Of a DNA stretch of 64,000 nt, positions 58,578-64,000 are shown piece by piece. How positions within the stretch are numbered: the first letter of the stretch is position 1; each line of letters starts with the position of its first letter. Under the pieces are notes generated by a model. That model did no database searches, was not told where the DNA came from, and worked only from the letters and a program-made list of their open reading frames with translations. The stretch is from Chloroflexota bacterium. GTDB taxonomy: Bacteria > Chloroflexota > UBA11872 > VXOZ01. The translations under genes and the position numbers were made by a program. Location of the stretch: NCBI GenBank assembly GCA_964291655.2, contig OZ219802.1:1600001-1664000 (forward strand), given 5' to 3'.

Positions 58578-59618
58578 ATGGCTACAGATTCTACCGCTGC
58601 TGCGCTACACAACTCGTCCCTCGTCATCGACTCCCACAATGACGCTATCGTCGCCTATCTGCTGCGCAAAGGGGAGAGCATTGCCGGTCCGGATGCGCCG
58701 GCGCGCGCGGAGCCGGAGAGCGTGGTGACGTTCCTGCGGGGTTCGTTCATGCCCGGCGGACGCGAGATGCAGGTAAACATCCCGAAGCTCCGCGCGGGGG
58801 GCATCGACGTCGTCTACTGCGCGGTGGACGTCACCCGCGCCTGGGGCAATCACCTGCTCTACGCCATGGATGCCTTTGGCTGGTTCCTGGCCGAGGTGGA
58901 CTCCCATGCCGATCAGATTGCCATTGCGACCACGGCGGAAGAGATTGAAGCCATCGCGGCGAGCGGCCGTATCGCCGCCGTGCTCACCATCGAGAATTCC
59001 GAGGTCTTGGAGCGCAGCCTCTGGGTGCTGCCGGTGCTCCAGCGTCTCGGCGTGCGCTCCATGACGCTCACGTGGAGCTACCGCGCGCATGCCGCCGACG
59101 GTGCGTTCGAGAACGTGACCGGCGGCGGCCTGACGCACTTTGGGCGCGATCTGGTGCGCTCCATGAACGAACTCGGCATGATGGTGGACATCTCGCACAT
59201 CAGCGACCAGGGCTTCTGGGACGTGATGGACGTGACGGACGCACCCATCATCGGCTCCCACAACGCCTGCCGCGCCCTGTGCGAGCACCCGCGCAACCTC
59301 ACCGACGACCAGATTCGCGCCGTGGCAGACAACGGCGGCGTGATCGGCGTGACGTACGTGCCCGCGTTCGTGGATGCCGACGAAAGCAAGCGCACGCTGG
59401 ACCGTCTGCTTGATCACTTCGACCACATCGCACAGGTAGCCGGCACCGACTGCGTCGGCCTGGGCTCGGACTTCGATGGCGGCGGTGACGTGCTCAAGGA
59501 CGCCACCGTGGTGCCGCAGATCACCGAGGGCTTGCTGGCCCGCGGCTGGCAGGAAGACGACCTCCAGAAAATGCTGGGGCTCAACCACTTGCGTGTCTTC
59601 CGCCAAGTGTGCGGCTGA
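58578..59618 (+). CDS. membrane dipeptidase (peptidase M19)
   Basis: IDSHND, LTIEN, VDISH, SHN, HPRNLTD and GLGSDFDG motifs. Confidence 0.93.
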   Translation: MATDSTAAALHNSSLVIDSHNDAIVAYLLRKGESIAGPDAPARAEPESVVTFLRGSFMPGGREMQVNIPKLRAGGIDVVYCAVDVTRAWGNHLLYAMDAFGWFLAEVDSHADQIAIATTAEEIEAIAASGRIAAVLTIENSEVLERSLWVLPVLQRLGVRSMTLTWSYRAHAADGAFENVTGGGLTHFGRDLVRSMNELGMMVDISHISDQGFWDVMDVTDAPIIGSHNACRALCEHPRNLTDDQIRAVADNGGVIGVTYVPAFVDADESKRTLDRLLDHFDHIAQVAGTDCVGLGSDFDGGGDVLKDATVVPQITEGLLARGWQEDDLQKMLGLNHLRVFRQVCG

Positions 59619-59981
59619 GCGCGCACAAGCTCCCCAGCAGCTATGCTAATCTGGGAAGTGAGAGTAGCTGTGTCCGGCACGAGCCGATGATGAAGCACTA
59701 CGGTATCGCGCTGATCAATTTGCGGTTTAGGCTCTTACTTCGTGCTCCGCAGGTTACAAACCTGCGCTACCGGGGCTCCGCGGCTCCGCAGGTTACAAAC
59801 CTACGCTACCGGAGAAAGGATCTCGGCATAGGGCAGGTGCGCTCGATTGGATTGCGTCTTTTAGCTTGGCAGCTATTCCCAAAGTAGCGGCCATTGAGGC
59901 GCATACTTCAGCGTAAGAACCTGATCAAGCGGCAGATGCGGATAGGACTTTGGGCAGGTGTGGAAAGTAGGGAGAACAACG

Positions 59982-60650
59982 ATGGAACTCGGACGATTCC
60001 TTTCAAGTTTTGGCAGACAGTCAGGCGACGACGCGGTAATGCCGGAGAGCGTGCGCGAAGAAGCCAAAGACGCGCTCGACGCCCGGCCCACTGACCAATC
60101 GCGCGTGCCGCCGGGCCAGTGGATAACCCGCGGCTGGCCGGTGCTCACCTACGGCTCCACGCCCCGTTTCGATCCCGCCAGATGGGACCTGCGCATCGTC
60201 GGCCTCGTCGAGAATCCGCTGACCTGGGACTACGAGACCTTCATGAACTTGCCTACCAAGAAGGTGCTCTGCGACATCCACTGCGTCACCACGTGGAGCC
60301 TGCTCGACAACGTCTTTGAGGGCGTGCCGGCTCTGTATGTAGCCGAACAAGCCCAGATATCGCCCAGCGCCACCCACGTCATCGCCCACGCCGAACAGGG
60401 CTACACCGCCAACCTGCCGCTGGCGGACTTCCTGCGCGACGACGTGCTGCTGGCGTACAAACACAACGGCGAGAATCTCGCGCACGACCACGGCTGGCCG
60501 CTGCGCTTGATGGTGCCGCACCTCTACTTCTGGAAGAGCGCCAAGTGGCTGCGCGGCCTGGAATTCGTGAACGCCGACGCCCCCGGCTTCTGGGAACAAC
60601 GCGGCTACCACATGCGCGGCGACCCCTGGACCGAAGAGCGCTACGGCTAG
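59982..60650 (+). CDS. sulfite oxidase-like molybdopterin-binding oxidoreductase
   Basis: RVPPGQ, DIHCVTTWS, HGWPLRL, YFWKSAKW and GFWEQRGYH motifs; start uncertain. Confidence 0.92.
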   Translation: MELGRFLSSFGRQSGDDAVMPESVREEAKDALDARPTDQSRVPPGQWITRGWPVLTYGSTPRFDPARWDLRIVGLVENPLTWDYETFMNLPTKKVLCDIHCVTTWSLLDNVFEGVPALYVAEQAQISPSATHVIAHAEQGYTANLPLADFLRDDVLLAYKHNGENLAHDHGWPLRLMVPHLYFWKSAKWLRGLEFVNADAPGFWEQRGYHMRGDPWTEERYG

Positions 60651-60710
60651 CGCAGCGGTGCAATATTTAAGGCCATCAAGATCGAGTTGTGGAGTATGGC
60701 GGACTTTTCA

Positions 60711-61098
60711 CTCCGGTAGCGCAGGTTTGTAACCTGCGTCCGCAGTTGTTAAAAAACAAACATACGGGCACGACGCGTCGTGCCGCTACATCACGCCGAG
60801 GCGAATACCTGTGTATGTAGGTTGTCCCGCTCCGGTACCGCAGGTTTGTAACCTGCGTCCGCAGTTGCGAGAGAGTCAAACGTACGGGCAAGACGTGTCG
60901 TGCCGCTACATCACGCCGAGGCGATTAACTTTGGATGAAGGTTGTCCCGCTTCGGTAGCGCAGGTTTGCAACCTGCGTCCGTAGTTGCGAGAGAGTCAAA
61001 CGTTCGGGCACGACGTGTCGTGCCGCTACATCACGCCGAGGCGATTAACTGTGGATGTAGGTTGTCCCGCTCCGGTAGCGCAGGTTTGTAACCTGCGA
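60711..61098. repeat. tandem array of ~120-bp units built from two GTAG-type hairpins (BIME-like)
   Basis: Units start at 60711, 60830, 60950 and 61070 (partial). Each has GGTAGCGCAGGTTTGTAACCTGCG and GGCACGACGTGTCGTGCCGCTAC. Confidence 0.9.
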
Positions 61099-61230
61099 CC
61101 GGGTGTCCCGGATGAGTGGCGAGGGCAAAGCGGCGTCTTACGGAATTGAACAGGTGTTGTAGGGGCACGATATATCGTGCCCCTCCGTGCGGCGAACGGA
61201 ATTACGGGAGAAAACCTCAAAGGAACTGAA

Positions 61231-62064
61231 ATGACGAACACAAGCTGCTCCACGGCGCTCTTTCGAGACCGCGAACTGCCTGCCGCTCTTGACGCCATTG
61301 CCGCAGTCGGGTTTCCTCAGGTGGAACTCAACGTGCGGGAACCCCACGTCCATGGGTCGGATGCTGCAGAAGAGCGCCGTCTCCTGGAGCTCTTTGCGGG
61401 GCATGCGGTGCACGCGCGGACGATGCACGCGCCATCGGGCCGCTCCATTCTGGGTACATTGGATCAGGAGTGGCACCAGGAAAGCGTAGGCATTCTCGCA
61501 CCATACGTGCGCATGGCCGGCAATCTCGGTCTCACCGAAGTGGTGATCCACCCTATCCCAAGCCCGACCCTGGTGCCCGACGCCGCGGAACCCACGCTGG
61601 GCCGGCGGATGGAGGAGGGCATACGGCGCTCGCTCGACACGCTGCTGCCCGTAATCGAGGAGGCCGGCGTCCGTGTGACACTGGAAAATCTGCCGTATCC
61701 GGATTATCCGCTCAACAACATGGGGGACTTGCGAAAGGTGATTGAGCCCTATCCCAGCGCTTCAGTGGGGCTCATCTTGGACTTTGGGCATGCCGGTAGG
61801 GTCGGACGCGATCCGGAGGACGAATTGCGCGCCGCCGGAGAGCGCCTTTGCGGCACCCATATGCACGACATCGACTCCCGTGACGGCTTGGTGGACCACC
61901 ACTCGCCCGCCCTGGACTACTTTGACTGGGCCGCAATCCGCCGCACGTTCACCGAAATAGGCTACGAGGGACCTTGGACCATGGAAGTCTCCAAGACGAG
62001 CGGCGGCGAGAGTCTGGAAGAACTGGTCGAGGAAGTCAGCGCCTGGCTAGCCAATTGGCTGTAG
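61231..62064 (+). CDS. sugar phosphate isomerase/epimerase (AP endonuclease 2 TIM barrel)
   Basis: VEL, MHAP, VIHP, TLENL, LDFGH, THMHD and TMEV metal-ligand pattern. Confidence 0.88.
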   Translation: MTNTSCSTALFRDRELPAALDAIAAVGFPQVELNVREPHVHGSDAAEERRLLELFAGHAVHARTMHAPSGRSILGTLDQEWHQESVGILAPYVRMAGNLGLTEVVIHPIPSPTLVPDAAEPTLGRRMEEGIRRSLDTLLPVIEEAGVRVTLENLPYPDYPLNNMGDLRKVIEPYPSASVGLILDFGHAGRVGRDPEDELRAAGERLCGTHMHDIDSRDGLVDHHSPALDYFDWAAIRRTFTEIGYEGPWTMEVSKTSGGESLEELVEEVSAWLANWL

Positions 62065-62191
62065 CAGCCTGAGAGCAAATTCGTCCCTCGGCTAACTCCC
62101 CCCTAGACTCCGGCTTCCGCCGGAGTGACGGCTTCGAGGTCAACCGCGTCTTTCAATTCAATTACTTTGGCAAGCGCCGCCGAAATGGCAT

Positions 62192-62911
62192 TTACTGCCG
62201 TCGCCATGTTGCTTCCAACCGGTCCTGTGGCGTGAAGCCGAGGAGGCGCTCGTTCTTTTCGTTGGAATACCGCTGGTGCGGCAGGTCGGCGTGGATATTG
62301 AAGACCTCGCAGCGGGAGGGGAGCGTTGCCAGGTCTACCGTGAGACCCAGGCGAATGGCCTGCGCCGCGTCGCGCCACGTGATGGCGAAAGGGTGGTTGC
62401 TGCCCGGCTCCGGCGCGTCGTGGTCGCGAAAGCTGAAGAAGAGGAAGCAGAGCACGTGGACGTTGTGGTTCTCGGTGAAGACCTTGCAGATCTCCTGTCC
62501 CAGCCCTTTGCTGAGCGCGTAGAGATTGGTGCTGGGATGCGGCGGCACGTCGGGGCTGATCTCGTAGTCGAACGTGGTGTACGTGTCGCCCTCTATCGTG
62601 AAGTGCGGACCGGTATTGAGCACGCGCGGGATGCCATGAGCAACGGCCGCGCGCATCATGTTGTAGCAGCCGCGTGTATTCACGTCGAAGGCCGCCTGGC
62701 GGTCGGGCCGCACCACTGAGCAGTTGACGATGGCGTCCATGCCCTCCGCAGCGCGGAGCACCTCTTCCGGTGAGCCAATATCCACGGGCTGAAACTCATG
62801 GGGTGTGTCCACTGGAATAATGTCCGTGACGCGCAGCGTATGTTCTCCTTCCAGCGCACGAATGACGTAGGGTCCGAGACGCGCCGCACCGCCGAGAATC
62901 AAGACGTTCAT
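62192..62911 (-). CDS. NAD-dependent epimerase/dehydratase family protein
   Basis: MNVLILGGAARLG and YALSK catalytic motif; the start overlaps the upstream stop (ATGA). Confidence 0.85.
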   Translation of the reverse strand: MNVLILGGAARLGPYVIRALEGEHTLRVTDIIPVDTPHEFQPVDIGSPEEVLRAAEGMDAIVNCSVVRPDRQAAFDVNTRGCYNMMRAAVAHGIPRVLNTGPHFTIEGDTYTTFDYEISPDVPPHPSTNLYALSKGLGQEICKVFTENHNVHVLCFLFFSFRDHDAPEPGSNHPFAITWRDAAQAIRLGLTVDLATLPSRCEVFNIHADLPHQRYSNEKNERLLGFTPQDRLEATWRRQ

Positions 62912-63636
62912 GATGCTTCCCCCGCGTGGCGCTGGCGTGGAGCATAGCCGAGCGCAGCCCGCGCCTTGTCCGTGCTGAAGCGAGCCTCCGGGAATGCGGA
63001 CTGAATGTGGTAGATCGACCACGGTTCCGGCGGCGCTGCCAACGCGCACTGGAAAGCGTGCACGGCGTCAGCACGAGCCAGCCACAGCGGATCATCCGGC
63101 TGCGCGTCAGCGTCGTCAGGTTGTTCCAGGTTCCCCAAACGCAGGCAGGTAACGGCAATGCGCCCTTCCCGCGCGAATTCGCGGCAGACGAATTCGCCCA
63201 GGTGCTGCGCCAATATCGTCGGCTCCGGGGAAGGCCGGGGCCGCCACTGTTCGTCGACGGCCCAATCCTCCTCACAACCCGTAAACAGGCTCAGGCTGCT
63301 GGCGTAGATGCACCGAGGCACGCCGGCCTCGCTGGCGGCGAGCAAGAGGTTATAGGTGCATCGGGTCTGATGGTCGATCAGCCGGTTCGCGAAGTCTGCC
63401 GCATTGCCAGTTGCATCATCAGCGTACGTTGAAAAGCAATCGGCCAGGTGGATGAGCACGTCCACATCTTCCACCAGCCGGTCGGTTGCCGCAGCGTGAC
63501 CGAGGTCGCAGCGCACAAAAGGGAATGGAGTTGACACGTCCCCGACATCGGTCAGGCGTACGTTATGCTCACTTGCGAACGTTGCCGCCAGGTCTGCGGC
63601 CAACGCGGAAGCGGCGGAAGTAATGAGAATGTTCAC
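62908..63636 (-). CDS. NAD-dependent epimerase-like protein with degenerate motifs
   Basis: Same fold pattern (NILIT.., TYNLLLAA, IYASS, LRLG) but without the Gly-rich loop or YxxxK. Confidence 0.75.
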   Translation of the reverse strand: MNILITSAASALAADLAATFASEHNVRLTDVGDVSTPFPFVRCDLGHAAATDRLVEDVDVLIHLADCFSTYADDATGNAADFANRLIDHQTRCTYNLLLAASEAGVPRCIYASSLSLFTGCEEDWAVDEQWRPRPSPEPTILAQHLGEFVCREFAREGRIAVTCLRLGNLEQPDDADAQPDDPLWLARADAVHAFQCALAAPPEPWSIYHIQSAFPEARFSTDKARAALGYAPRQRHAGEAS

Positions 63637-64000
63637 CCCAGCGGCTCCATTTCATCCCAGCTCGCCCCTACCTTCGCATCCACCTTCACCGGCACGTCCA
63701 GCGCGACGGCATTCTCCATGAGCGGCACCACCAGATCGGCGCTCGCGTCTAAAACGGCTTCATCGCACTCAAAGACCAGTTCGTCGTGCACCTGCAGCAG
63801 CATACGCACCGGCAGGCCGGTTGCCGCCAGTTGCTCGGCCACGTGCAGCATGGCTACTTTGATGATGTCGGCGGACGTGCCCTGCACAGGCATGTTGATG
63901 GCCATCCGCTCGGCGGCCTGGCGCACGTTGAAATTCGATGCCTGCAACTCCCGTATGTAGCGGCGGCGTCCCAAGACCGTCTCCACGTAGCCGTGTTCGT
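63633..64000 (-). CDS. polA: DNA polymerase I, C-terminal part (truncated by window edge)
   Basis: GYVETVLGRRR, AERMAINMPVQGTSADIIK and LLQVHDELVFE motifs. Confidence 0.95.
   Translation of the reverse strand, partial: EHGYVETVLGRRRYIRELQASNFNVRQAAERMAINMPVQGTSADIIKVAMLHVAEQLAATGLPVRMLLQVHDELVFECDEAVLDASADLVVPLMENAVALDVPVKVDAKVGASWDEMEPLG

Noticed and set aside
60711-61098. CRISPR array
   Set aside because: The sequences between the palindromes are near-identical between units rather than unique spacers, the period is ~120 bp, and no cas genes are in the window.

Overview
This is a GC-rich (~60%) bacterial chromosomal segment. Gene content and repeat style suggest Chloroflexota (inference). 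Housekeeping genes include fabF, ftsK, rnj, leuB, aroQ, parA/parB, a caa3-type cytochrome c oxidase operon, nadA, groES/groEL, coaX/coaBC, uxuA and the 3' end of polA. These are mixed with many catabolic or accessory singletons (SDRs, sulfatase, amidohydrolases, Doc and Fic proteins, NYN, PaREP1/HEPN). The most striking signal is intergenic. At least seven families of short palindromic REP-like repeats act as insertion targets for three distinct mobile-element families. (i) A complete IS481-family element and a 288-bp non-autonomous derivative sit at the same position of one hairpin family. (ii) A ~240-270-bp TGTA...TACA-ended MITE with 5-bp target duplications carries its own target REP and has inserted into older copies of itself twice, once filling the parA-parB gap. 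(iii) A GGAGA...TCTCC-ended MITE with exchangeable REP cargo sits in hairpin loops. Other candidates are a stand-alone ~140-nt transcript with a 14-nt perfect complement to the canonical 16S rRNA 3' end, and a coupled HEPN + Rad52-like small-gene pair. No CRISPR array, rRNA or tRNA was seen.
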